64,000 bases of DNA. It comes from Prorocentrum cordatum (lineage: Eukaryota). Below the pieces are notes generated by a model. The model made no database searches and was not told the origin of the DNA. It saw only the letters and a list, made by a program, of their open reading frames with translations. Location of the stretch: positions 558,001 to 622,000 of the forward strand of contig CAUYUJ010000226.1 in the NCBI GenBank assembly GCA_963575745.1, given 5' to 3'. Within the stretch, counting starts at the first letter, position 1; each line of letters opens with the position of its first letter. Both the position numbers and the translations under genes were made by a program. Positions 1 through 9,510 of the stretch are shown here, piece by piece.

Positions 1-29
1 AGGAGGAGGTGGAGGAGGAGGAGGAGGAG

Positions 30-41
30 GAGGAGGAGAAG
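30..41 (+). other. Left copy of probable target-site duplication GAGGAGGAGAAG
   Basis: The same 12-mer, with its AAG interruption of the GAG tract, occurs at 5280..5291 directly on the other side of the element. The exact length is ambiguous because the flanks are repetitive. Confidence 0.7.
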
Positions 42-62
42 ATAAGATAAGATAAGATAAGA
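41..62 (-). repeat. (TCTTA)n 3' tandem-repeat tail of the retrotransposon
   Basis: (GATAA)x4 on the plus strand, lying between the 3' UTR and the GAG tract. Confidence 0.8.
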
Positions 63-266
63 CTCTGGGGCGCCTATCCCTCCCTGCACTGCAATGCAAG
101 CCCTCGCTCACAACCTCACATGCTGCAAAGATAAAAAGGCGCCTGGGTTCGCCAAGTTGGCGGACTGGAACTGTAGCCACCGCGCTGCCCCACGACCACT
201 TAAGGAGTGGAGACTGGCCCGATGGCGGACCCGACGGCACGCAGCCTGCGGCTGCCATCATAGGCG

Positions 267-3200
267 CTAACCTCGGGCACCTCTGCCTGAAGTTGCGCCT
301 CGCTCTGAACCTGAACCTCTGCCCCGACGATTTCGAGATCGGGGAGGGAGCTGGATTGCTGGTCCTACCTCTGGGGCTGTGGGAAAGTAGACGGGAGCGG
401 GGGAGGAAGTCGGGATGGCTTCAAGGCCAGGAGGCGGAGGGAGGGAGGAAGGGGAGAAGATCACGCTAGGAGGTCTACTATCAGTCAAACCTGAAACTCT
501 CCTGCTAGCATCCTCACTCAAAAGCCCCGCCCTCAGAAGCTGCTGTGCTCGCTCGCTATTGGCCCAGCTGAAGCCTCTAGAACCCCCTACTTGCACTGGT
601 CTAGCAGACGCTGCGCCTCCCTCACCAGGACCCCTCGCGGGGCCGCCCCCACGGTCTTCTCGCCTCCCTCGGCCTTGAGGCAGTAGCGGATCGCCGAGAG
701 CAGCTGGTTGCCGCGCTCGCTGGTGTCCAAGAGGAACTGCACCTTTGCCATTTCCTTGTCGTCCTTGCCCTTCGTCTTGAGGCGCTTTGCCTTGCAGAAC
801 CTCACCACCTCGCTCAGCACAACTGGGTCCTCCGCTGCCATCACCGTCGACACCCAGTACTGCGCCGCCGCCGTCTGCTCCTTGGGCAACTGCCCCGCTG
901 TCTCCTCGAACGCCGCCCCCTTGATCAATGCTGCAAACGCCCTCAGGTGAGGGGCGTGCATCTTCACCTTCGTGAACTCCTTGCCCTCCTTCTCCGCTGC
1001 CTTCTGAAGCTCGCGCTGCTGCTGGGCCTCCGCGTTGAAGCTCTGGCCCTCCTCGAGCATGAACTGCACCGTACGACTGTCGAGCGGCAGCAGCCACGTG
1101 TCGTACACCGCGCCGATGAGCGCTCTCAACTCCGCCTCGTCGTTGAGCACCAACTTTGCCAAAACAATGACGAGCTCGTCCAGGTTTTGCTTCTTTCCGC
1201 CGCGCTGGACCACCTGACGAGCTTCTTGCGCGCCTCCCCCTGCTGGACCGACGATGCGGCGCACCTTGCCGCTGCCCTCGTCCGTGCTGCGCGCCATCCA
1301 CTTGGGGACCGCCGCCGTCGTGTTCGGCATGGCTGGAAAGGCCGGCTGGACCCGACCACGATGCAGCACGAGCTCGCTGCGCTCGCTGCTGCTGAACACT
1401 GGAACGTGTAGATACAGTATCAAGAACTCGAGGAAGATGACTACGGACATGTTGCTGAAAATCATATGTGTCCGATGCGTGATATTCGCAGAGGGGGCAA
1501 GCCAAGTCAGTAATTTGAGACCGAGCAGCCTGAGACTTTCCACCCCCAGCAATACAGTAACCCCTGTTCATGGAGCCCACGAGGTGCCTGCTAGCCGTGA
1601 TCACCCCCGAGAAGATCCCCCGACAGTTTGGGCACTCGTTAGTGCGGCATAGAACGTGCCCCAATGAACGATAATGATGATGGAATCGTAAGTGGTTTAG
1701 CGCAGACTTCTTATCGGGGAACTTCGCATCGCATCGAACTCGACGACCAATAGTATCGCTAGGATCGCATCTATGTTCATATACACCACAGACCCATTTC
1801 ACAGCACCACCCTGAACGATCTCAGTAGATAACATAGCACTAAGTTGAGGATCATACTCAGGAGGAGGAATCGCCACCGTATGAAGACGTCGTCGTAAGA
1901 GAGAGAAATCAATCTTACAGAACGCTTTTCCAAGCTCCTTATCCCACCAAAGCGCGAGAAACGAGCCCTGCGCACGTTCGAGCAACTCTCGACCGTCCTC
2001 GATATCCTCCAGTGCCTGTACATCTTCAAAGAACTGCTTCGCCCAGGGGTTCGCGTAGGCGGTGAGACGACCCAATTCATCATACTGCGGACGATCGTCC
2101 ACTGCCAATTCAGCAAACAGAGCTGCAAGAATCTGAGCATGCCGCCCAGGATAACGGATGAACTGCACGAGCCACCCCAAACGACGGACCCTGAGCTCGA
2201 GAAAGGCCGGCGTAATACGCCAATGGTTGAGCACCTGCTCGTTGCTGAGACTCTGAACATGTGTAGTGCCCTCATAGCTAGCCCCTCTCATAGCCACTCT
2301 ACAATATCTTACCATCAGAGAATCCAACTTCTTACATAGACCCTCCGTCACCAAGTAGGCCTCCAGGTTCTGGACCCCCGCGTTCTGGACCCCCAACAAG
2401 ACCGAGCGTTTCAACCGAAACGAGATGCCAGGAGTCGACCAGAAACTTCCCAAAGAATGAAACGAACTTTTGATCGCGTTCAGGCGCTTGTTTACCTCTG
2501 GAGTGATCGAGCCCATGGAATGAATCTCCCCTCCCAGCACCCTCATAGACGGACTGACTCCACCTTCAAAAAGTTCAGAAGCAGAGGCTCGTAATCGACG
2601 ATTCGCGGCGACCGAGCCCTGGCCAGAGAGACAGACGATGGTGTTCTGCTTGCTCCTGTTCTGCGCCCATCCCCCTATCTTAAGAACCTCATCCAAGACT
2701 TGATTGGAGTAAAAGTTGGCGGCAGAAAGCTCTGCCAAGCCCGCGTCACCACAAGAGGCCGCAGGACCTCCACCGACGTGCAGCTTCGTGAGGTCATCGG
2801 CATACTTGGTAAGAGACAAATCTACCAACGTGCCTGTAATCGGACAAGTGGCTGCTAGAAGCGCCTCCGAAGGCATCTGGGCGTACAACACCTCACTCCA
2901 TTCACAGACAGGAATCTCATAGGCTCTGCCAAAGCTCTCCACCGCGTAAGGATCTCCCATGAGCGCTCCGCATCTAGGCTTTACAACGAGAGCACGGTCA
3001 CGGGCTGGAAGACATATCGATGCCGACTCGAATCGATCGCGTCCAAACTGACGATCAGGAACATCTAAAAGTGCAGAGTTCGCTTCCAAGAGACTCCAAG
3101 ACGTACTCGGGAAAGCGTTGCTAAGGTCCTTGTTTGACCACGTAAAACTGTAACCTCCCCGTCGCAGACGATGAGAAACCAACATCATCACCAGCATGGC

Positions 3201-5159
3201 CCCCTCCTTACGTCTCCCCTTGCAGAACCCATAGTCGTTGGGACCTAAAGCTTCAGGATTGTTCCTCCGAATGGCCCCAGCTAGCCAAGCCTTGCCCAGC
3301 GGGTCCAGCAGGTGGATGACTCGTTTCCCCTTGGGGCCAGGGGTGGCACTCTTCGGTAAGGCGCAGCCGAAACTCCTATTCCACAAGGTGGGGAACCTGT
3401 TCGCCAGCCGAATACACTGCAAACCACGAGAGAGTGCCTCCTGCAACGGTTCAGGTTGAAACTCGACGGAGTATCCAACTCCAGAGAAATTCTTAGAGAG
3501 TCCAAAAACAGGGTCCACGATCATGCCCCAAATCTCAGCTGGTACACTCCACGGCGGGCACGATCGACGTTTGGGTGCGTGTCGCAAATACTTAGTGATA
3601 GATAACAAATCCGTAGTAGCCTCCATGTTGAACATGCCCAGGTACCCGTTCACCCCCTCCTCCAGCTCCTCCCCCTCCTGGTTGATCTCGGTAACCTCCA
3701 TGCCTCCCTGTGGTCCCTCCTTCTCCCAGACCTCCAGCCATTCCTTAGCACTTAGAGAAGCACCCTCTAGATGGCGATAGCTACGACCACGGGGTCCACG
3801 ACCCTTGCAGGCAAGAACTCGGATCAAGCGATGGGCTTGTTTGTGATTTCTTTTCCGCCAGGCCTCCTCCAACTCCTCCGTTATGTTCTCCCTCCACTCC
3901 CTGAACTGTTGTTTCCTCTGCTGCTGACACTGCTTGCTAATCGCTTTGAGCTGCTGAACCACCTCCACCTCCTCCTCATCGCAGCCGGCGTGGGCGAGAC
4001 GACGGCGAATCTCCAAACGCCTTTGAAGAAGAGTCTTGCGCGCCCTGGCCTGCGCACGGTAGGCCTCGGACGCGTTGGGCAACGATCCACAGAAGAGTTC
4101 ACTAGCCTGCTCACGCACGATGTCATTCAAGATAGTAAAATAAGCATCAGGCCTTCCAGTCGTAGCCGCCGAAGCCAGATCAGACTCACGCTCTTGCAAC
4201 TTGGCAGCCGCACGATTGAGGAAGGTCTCGCGCACGGAGGCATTCTTCATGGTATCGAAGTTCCAGTGAAGACGATTTCTCCCCAACTGTTCAGGCTCGA
4301 CAAATGACCACTTCAGATTACAGTGCAGCGGTATGTGATCACGAGGATGACGGGAAGGAATGCGTTGATGTTGCCTCATAACTCTCATTAATGGTCCAGC
4401 TGTGTTGATCAGGTTCTGGGCGACCACGGGACCGAAGATGTAGTCCACCCTGTTGGAGATGCCGTCCTGGCCAAACCAAGTGTCCTCCACACGGTCCCGA
4501 ACCCCCAGCACTACGAAGCCGAACTCCTCCATCAGTTCTCTAACTAACTGCCCAGCGCCTCCCACGAGATGTTCACGAGTAGCCAGATGCGATGGGATAA
4601 CAGTGGTGTCACAGCTCTGCCAACGACCATCAGAACACACGATGCCAATGCCATCATTCAAATCCATACTTATCAGTGGCATAGTACGTGATGATCGCGA
4701 TATATCAACTAAAAGACCACGGAGCCACGAGACCAGCCTGTTCGTCGCTGCAAAGTAGTTCGGGCGGCCAGCTCGCCCACGTGGTCGAGGAGGAAAGTAA
4801 ACTCCTGCTACTGTGAAGTCCAATCCAGTTCGCTTGAGGCGAAGTCCAAAAGCTCGGCCAGCAATCTCAGCGGGTGCTTGCCATTGTCGCACGATGTGAT
4901 GTTCCCGCAGCCCAGAACTAATCGTGATACTGATTCCAGCCGACTTATTTGTATAGGCTCCAGGACTCCACCCAGCCTCAATCAGCAGTGTGTTGTGCAG
5001 CTTGCGTTTCTGAACAGCCATCCCAGGAAGTGCACGTACCTGCGTACCTATGAAGACGCACGCATGGAAGCTCTTGGCGGTCGCCATGATTATCTCCTCC
5101 TGACGGTCTTTAGAATTCATACTCAATGGATTCCAATGCAGAAATCGAAGCAAAGACAT
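267..5159 (-). CDS. Retrotransposon polyprotein: APE endonuclease, reverse transcriptase, C-terminal zinc fingers
   Basis: APE motifs: LRFLHWN, VAGVYFPP, SMDLND, TW...NRVDYIF, RDHIPL. RT motifs: YGFCKGR, DLSNAFPS, GALMGDP, KYADDL (~2790-2805), VNKRLNAIKSSF..W. Zinc-finger-like motifs at ~1437-1800: C..CDAKF..LNHLRFHH, CPNC..F..RH, CPLC..FQQHVRSH. The last ~380 codons are low-complexity and overlap a second ORF. Confidence 0.93.
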   Translation of the reverse strand: MSLLRFLHWNPLSMNSKDRQEEIIMATAKSFHACVFIGTQVRALPGMAVQKRKLHNTLLIEAGWSPGAYTNKSAGISITISSGLREHHIVRQWQAPAEIAGRAFGLRLKRTGLDFTVAGVYFPPRPRGRAGRPNYFAATNRLVSWLRGLLVDISRSSRTMPLISMDLNDGIGIVCSDGRWQSCDTTVIPSHLATREHLVGGAGQLVRELMEEFGFVVLGVRDRVEDTWFGQDGISNRVDYIFGPVVAQNLINTAGPLMRVMRQHQRIPSRHPRDHIPLHCNLKWSFVEPEQLGRNRLHWNFDTMKNASVRETFLNRAAAKLQERESDLASAATTGRPDAYFTILNDIVREQASELFCGSLPNASEAYRAQARARKTLLQRRLEIRRRLAHAGCDEEEVEVVQQLKAISKQCQQQRKQQFREWRENITEELEEAWRKRNHKQAHRLIRVLACKGRGPRGRSYRHLEGASLSAKEWLEVWEKEGPQGGMEVTEINQEGEELEEGVNGYLGMFNMEATTDLLSITKYLRHAPKRRSCPPWSVPAEIWGMIVDPVFGLSKNFSGVGYSVEFQPEPLQEALSRGLQCIRLANRFPTLWNRSFGCALPKSATPGPKGKRVIHLLDPLGKAWLAGAIRRNNPEALGPNDYGFCKGRRKEGAMLVMMLVSHRLRRGGYSFTWSNKDLSNAFPSTSWSLLEANSALLDVPDRQFGRDRFESASICLPARDRALVVKPRCGALMGDPYAVESFGRAYEIPVCEWSEVLYAQMPSEALLAATCPITGTLVDLSLTKYADDLTKLHVGGGPAASCGDAGLAELSAANFYSNQVLDEVLKIGGWAQNRSKQNTIVCLSGQGSVAANRRLRASASELFEGGVSPSMRVLGGEIHSMGSITPEVNKRLNAIKSSFHSLGSFWSTPGISFRLKRSVLLGVQNAGVQNLEAYLVTEGLCKKLDSLMVRYCRVAMRGASYEGTTHVQSLSNEQVLNHWRITPAFLELRVRRLGWLVQFIRYPGRHAQILAALFAELAVDDRPQYDELGRLTAYANPWAKQFFEDVQALEDIEDGRELLERAQGSFLALWWDKELGKAFCKIDFSLLRRRLHTVAIPPPEYDPQLSAMLSTEIVQGGAVKWVCGVYEHRCDPSDTIGRRVRCDAKFPDKKSALNHLRFHHHYRSLGHVLCRTNECPNCRGIFSGVITASRHLVGSMNRGYCIAGGGKSQAARSQITDLACPLCEYHASDTYDFQQHVRSHLPRVLDTVSTRSSVQQQRAQRARAASWSGPAGLSSHAEHDGGGPQVDGAQHGRGQRQGAPHRRSSRGRRARSSSGGPARRKEAKPGRARHCFGKVGAQRRGGVESAHRRGVRHVAAAARQSYGAVHARGGPELQRGGPAAARASEGSGEGGQGVHEGEDARPSPEGVCSIDQGGGVRGDSGAVAQGADGGGAVLGVDGDGSGGPSCAERGGEVLQGKAPQDEGQGRQGNGKGAVPLGHQRARQPAALGDPLLPQGRGRREDRGGGPARGPGEGGAASARPVQVGGSRGFSWANSERAQQLLRAGLLSEDASRRVSGLTDSRPPSVIFSPSSLPPPPGLEAIPTSSPAPVYFPTAPEVGPAIQLPPRSRNRRGRGSGSERGATSGRGARG
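587..1330 (-). CDS. Hypothetical 247-aa protein nested in the 3' part of the retrotransposon
   Basis: Starts at CCAGCC-ATG (MPNTTAAV...). The first 27 codons all end in G/C. Composition is that of a globular, helical protein (LDELVIVLAKLVL, HAPHLRAFAALIK, VRFCKAKR, C-terminal GAAPRGVLVREAQRLL). It lies in the +1 frame relative to pol. Confidence 0.75.
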   Translation of the reverse strand: MPNTTAAVPKWMARSTDEGSGKVRRIVGPAGGGAQEARQVVQRGGKKQNLDELVIVLAKLVLNDEAELRALIGAVYDTWLLPLDSRTVQFMLEEGQSFNAEAQQQRELQKAAEKEGKEFTKVKMHAPHLRAFAALIKGAAFEETAGQLPKEQTAAAQYWVSTVMAAEDPVVLSEVVRFCKAKRLKTKGKDDKEMAKVQFLLDTSERGNQLLSAIRYCLKAEGGEKTVGAAPRGVLVREAQRLLDQCK

Positions 5160-5279
5160 CAGTTAGCCGCGGCGGCTCTCCAACCGAAACCGCCCGCTGC
5201 TCAAGATTCGGTAGACGGAGTGTGTGGGTATGAAACATATGGAAGGTGGGGGGCGAGAGAGGGTGCACTCGCGCCACCT

Positions 5280-5291
5280 GAGGAGGAGAAG
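5280..5291 (+). other. Right copy of probable target-site duplication GAGGAGGAGAAG
   Basis: Identical to 30..41 and abuts the 5' end of the element. Confidence 0.7.
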
Positions 5292-5575
5292 GAGGAGGAG
5301 GAGGAGGAGCGAGAGCGGGAACGGAGGAGTGCGGGGGCTCCCGACCAAGGAGATCGGCCGGCCGGACACGCGTCCCGCCGGAGGAGGAGGAGGTGGAGGA
5401 GGAGGAGGAGGCGGGCACCCGTGATCAGAAGAGCCGTCCGTGTTTCGAGCCACGAGTCAGAAGGAGGAGGAGGAGGAGGAGGAGGAGGAGGAGGAGGAGG
5501 AGGAGGAGAAGGAGGACCAGTGCAAACCTAGGATGCATCAACGATGTTGCAATGAACCCTCCCCCTAGTTCCCGT

Positions 5576-5870
5576 GGAGGAGGAGGAGGAGGAGGAGGAG
5601 GAGGAGGAGGAGGAGGAGGAGGAGGAGGAGGAGGAGGAGGAGGAGGAGGAGGAGGAGGAGGAGGAGGAGGAGGAGGAGGAGGAGGAGGAGGAGGAGGAGG
5701 AGGAGGAGGAGGAGGAGGAGGAGGAGGAGGAGGAGGAGGAGGAGGGGGGAGGGGGAGGGGGAGGGGGAGGGGAGGAGGAGGGGGAGGAGGAGGAGGGAGG
5801 AGGAGGAGGAGGAGGAGGAGGAGGAGGAGGAGGAGGAGGGAGGCGGAGGAGGAGGAGGAGGAGGAGGAGG
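5576..5870 (+). repeat. (GAG)n microsatellite
   Basis: Long, near-perfect GAG run. Confidence 0.95.
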
Positions 5871-6695
5871 CCCCACGTCCGCGACGGTTTACGTGCTTCT
5901 ACGCTGGCGCAGGGCACACAGGAGACCCCGTGGCGGCTCCTCCATCGCCGCCTCTGGGCGCGCTCCGGGCGCCGCGGAGGGGGGCGGCTCCTGGATGCTG
6001 CCCCGCGCCGCGGGGGCAGGGAGGAGGGGGAGGGCGGGGGGGGGGCGGGGAGCGGATGGCCGAGCTCTCGCGGGGCGGGCGGCCCTCCCTCCCCCCTCTC
6101 TCCTGCTCCCCTCCCCCGCCTCGGGCCTCGCCCCAGCCTTCCTCCTCCGGAGGCTGGAGCACTGGCCTCCGCCGTCGTTGCATTTGTCCCTCGCGCGAGG
6201 GGGGGCGCCCACCACGGAGCTCTCGACCGCCATCCCTGGGACGGGCTCTTCGCCGCGAGTCGCTTCTCCGTGGTTGCCTGGGCCAGGGAGGGCATAGGTC
6301 CTGCGGGCCCCGCAGCGGGCTTGTGGGTCCGTTCTGGAGTTTTCGGGGGGGGGTCGTCTGGGGGGTCTCCTTACGGACCTTTCGCGACCCCGTCCTCCTC
6401 CTCCGCCTCCGCCTCCGCCGCCTCCTCCTCCTCCTCTTCCTCCTCCTCCTCCTCCTCCTCCTCCTCCTCCTCCCGCTCCCCGCTCCCCCTCCCACTCCCC
6501 CTCTTTCGCTCCTCCCCCCTCCCCGTGCCAGACCCCGATCGAGGGCGAGGCCGACATCGATCGATCCCCGCCGCCGCGTGGGCGCCGGGGTGCGCAGGCG
6601 CTCTGCTCGCGCCGGGGCACCAGCGCGGCGGAGCGGCAGCTCTTCGAGCAGGCCGCCCGGGCAGCAGGGCGCGGGAGCGGCGACGGCGACGGCGA

Positions 6696-6726
<31 letters not shown>

Positions 6727-8246
6727 AACGGCGACAACGACCCCGACGGCGACGACGACGACGTTCCGACGCCGATACCGACGCCGACGCCGACGACGAC
6801 GCCGACGCCGACGCCGACGACGCCGACGCCGCCGCCGACGACGACGACGACGATGATCGGCGTCGTTGGGGCCTGGGGAGCACGACCTAGTCCTGGTCGG
6901 ACCGCCTCGGGGCGAGGCGGAGAGCTCAATCGAGGTGCCCGCATGGGGTACCCCCCCAGGGTGCCAGTTGCAACTCGCACCAGTTGCAAGCGACATCCTA
7001 CGGAGTCGCCGAGGGCACGAGGAGAGGAGGTCCGTAGAAGTTGAGTCACCCGCACGGCACTTCAGCGGGACGTGAAGAGCAGCGCGCCGAAGGCGAGCTT
7101 CCATTGTAGGGAAAAGGGCGAAGGGACGAGGGGCCCCCTCTCTGCTCGGGGGGCACGTCACTATCGCTGACTCTTCTGCTGCCTCCTCCTCTTCCTCCTC
7201 CTCCTCCTCCTCCTCCTCCTCCTCCTCCTCCTCCTCCGTGTCCGCCTCCTCCTCCTCCTCCTCCTCCTCCTCCTCCTCCTCCTCCTCCTCCTCCCTGCGC
7301 CAAGGGCCGCTATTGTACCAGGCCGCACCGGCTCGCGGAGCCCTTCGAGCGGGCAGGGCGTCGGAAGGGTCGGAGTGGTGCGCTAGGGCCCGAGGCCAGT
7401 CGAGGTACGGCCAGGAGGGAGCAAAAGCACACAGACACGAATAAACGTTGATTTTTATGTATGGGAATTGGAGTGGAAGATGAGTATCGAGGAGATGTGG
7501 TAGAATGAAGATGAAGGGCGTTGAGTAGATTGGACGTTGAAGGTTGGCGTGGCGAGCGGGGGTGTGGAAGCGAGACGGGGCGGGCTGTACGAGAAGGCTC
7601 GGACGTCCCCCGGCCTTCTGAGAAGTCTTCTCAGCCGTCCCCGAAGACAGACAATGTCTCTGAAGGCGCTGCAGCCAGAGCCGCAGCCACAGCCGCAGCG
7701 AGCCCGGAGTCTTCATCCCCGAGCCGCAGCCGCAGCTGCAGCTGCAACCGCAGCCGCAGCCGCAGCCGCAGCCGGGGCTTTGAGAAGTCTCGCCGCCCTC
7801 TGAGAAGGCCACCTCCTTCTCGTCTTCCCCCCCTCGCTTGCCGCCGAGAAGGGGTCGAGGAGGCTGCCCGAGGCAGGACAGCCACGAGCAGGAAGAGGCA
7901 GGACGTCGAGGAGGTCGATGGTGAGGCTGCCCGACCTCCTCCTCCCTCCTCCTCCTCCTCCTCCTCCTCCTCCTCCTCCTCCTCCTCATTATCATCATCA
8001 TCTCCTCCTCCTCCGCCTCCTCCTCCTCCTCCTGCCTCTCGTCTAGAACATTTTCGAGGCGCTGCGCGAGCGGCTGCGCCAGCGGCTCCGCGCGCACGCC
8101 TCGGAGCCCCCCGGCAGCAGACGCCGCGGCCTCCGCGGGAGGCGGTGGCCGCCTCGGCGTGGGGCCGCGGCCTCCGCGCCGCGGAGGCGCCCGCCGCGGG
8201 CGTCAGCGCGTCTGGCCCGCTCGCCGCCCAGGGAGACGACCTGTTT

Positions 8247-8746
8247 GAGGAGGAGGAGGAGGAGGAGGAGGAGGAGGAGGAGGAGGAGGAGGAGGAGGAG
8301 GAGGAGGAGGAGGAGGAGGAGGAGGAGGAGGAGGAGGAGGAAGGAGGAGGAGGAGGAGGAGGAGGGAGGAGGGAGGAGGAGGAGGAGAGGAGGAGGAGGA
8401 GGAGAGAGGAGGAGGAGGAGGAGGAGGAGGAGGAGGAGGAGGAGGAGGGGGAGGGGGGAGGAGGAGGAGCGAGGAGGAGGAGAGAGGTGAGGAGGGGAGG
8501 AGGAGGAGGAGGAGGAGGAGGAGGAGGGGAGCGGGAGGAGGAGGGAGCGAGGGAGGAGGAGGAGGAGGAGGAGGAGGAGGAGGAGGAGGGAGGACGGAAG
8601 GAGGAGGAGAGGAGGAGGAGGCAGGAGGAGGAGGAGGGGGAGGGGGGAGGGGTGAGGAGCGGGGGGAGGAGGAGGAGGAGGAGGAGGTAGGAGGAGGAGG
8701 AGAGGAAGGCGGAGGCGGGGCGGAGGAGGAGGAGGAGTAGGAGGAG
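8247..8746 (+). repeat. (GAG)n microsatellite, degenerate toward the 3' end
   Basis: Direct reading of the sequence. Confidence 0.95.
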
Positions 8747-8749
8747 ATT

Positions 8750-9510
8750 CAAGCTAGGTGCGCTCGCGTCATATCTGACGTCCTACCCCTCCCTCCCATC
8801 CCTCACCATGGCGCTGATTTTCTCTATCCGCGGACGCGTGTCGTAGCGGACCTGTGGCTCCGCGCGCGCGTGCGTAGTGGGTGGTGGTGCACGTGCGTGC
8901 GTGCGTGCGTGCGTGTGTGCGTGGTTGTGGTGGTGCTGGCTGCTGGGTGCTGGTGCTGGTGCTGGTGCTGGTGCTGGTGCTGGTGCTGGCTGCTGGTGCT
9001 GGTGCTGGTGGTGGTGGTGGTGGTGGTGGTGGTGGTGGTGGTGGTGGTGGTGGTGGTGGTGGTGGTGGTGGTGGTGGTGGTGGTGGTGGTGGTGGTGGTG
9101 CGGCGCGGTGGTGGCGGGCGGATGGGCGCGCGAGAAAGAGGCCCGCGCTGGGGCGAGAACGCCATCCTGAACGACGGAGGCCAAACACCGATCCGAAAAT
9201 GAGGCCCACGCTGCAGCGGGAGCACGATTCGGAACGATTCGGGAGCAGAAATGAGGCCGGCGCCTCAGCGAGAGCATCATGAAAGAAACGCAGGCGAAAA
9301 CCCGTTTCCCGGGAATCCTGTGTGTAAAAAAACAATACGCGGGGGGCGCTCGGCCCGAAAATGACGCCGGCGCCTCAGCGAGAGTCGTTTCCCGGGATTT
9401 CCCGGGAATCCTGTGTGTAAAGAAACAGTACGCGGAGAATGCGCGGCCATCACCCGGACGCCATCAGGGGAAGAGGGAGAGTATTTTCATATTGAGTAAG
9501 TGTGGAGGAG
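8750..9510 (+). repeat. Dispersed ~0.7-kb repeat with internal (GGT)n tract, copy 1
   Basis: Near-identical reverse complement at ~25170..25815. This copy has an internal tandem duplication (~9250-9345 and ~9358-9435). Confidence 0.9.

Larger units (their letters stand above)
42..5279 (-). mobile_element. Full-length non-LTR retrotransposon (APE-RT, RTE-like), ~5.24 kb
   Basis: Uninterrupted APE+RT+ZnF ORF, ~120-nt 5' UTR, short tandem-repeat 3' tail, flanking direct repeat and GAG tract on both sides. The RTE-like clade call is inferred from architecture and thumb-region motifs. Confidence 0.92.

Noticed and set aside
1331..1552. Upstream 74 codons of the 321-aa track ORF
   Set aside because: Non-ATG start overlapping the pol zinc finger. 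The codon bias starts only at ATG 1330.
5393..8752. ORFs up to 732 aa rich in E, G, R, P and S
   Set aside because: Products of stop-free GAG/TCC/GAC repeats in GC-rich DNA.
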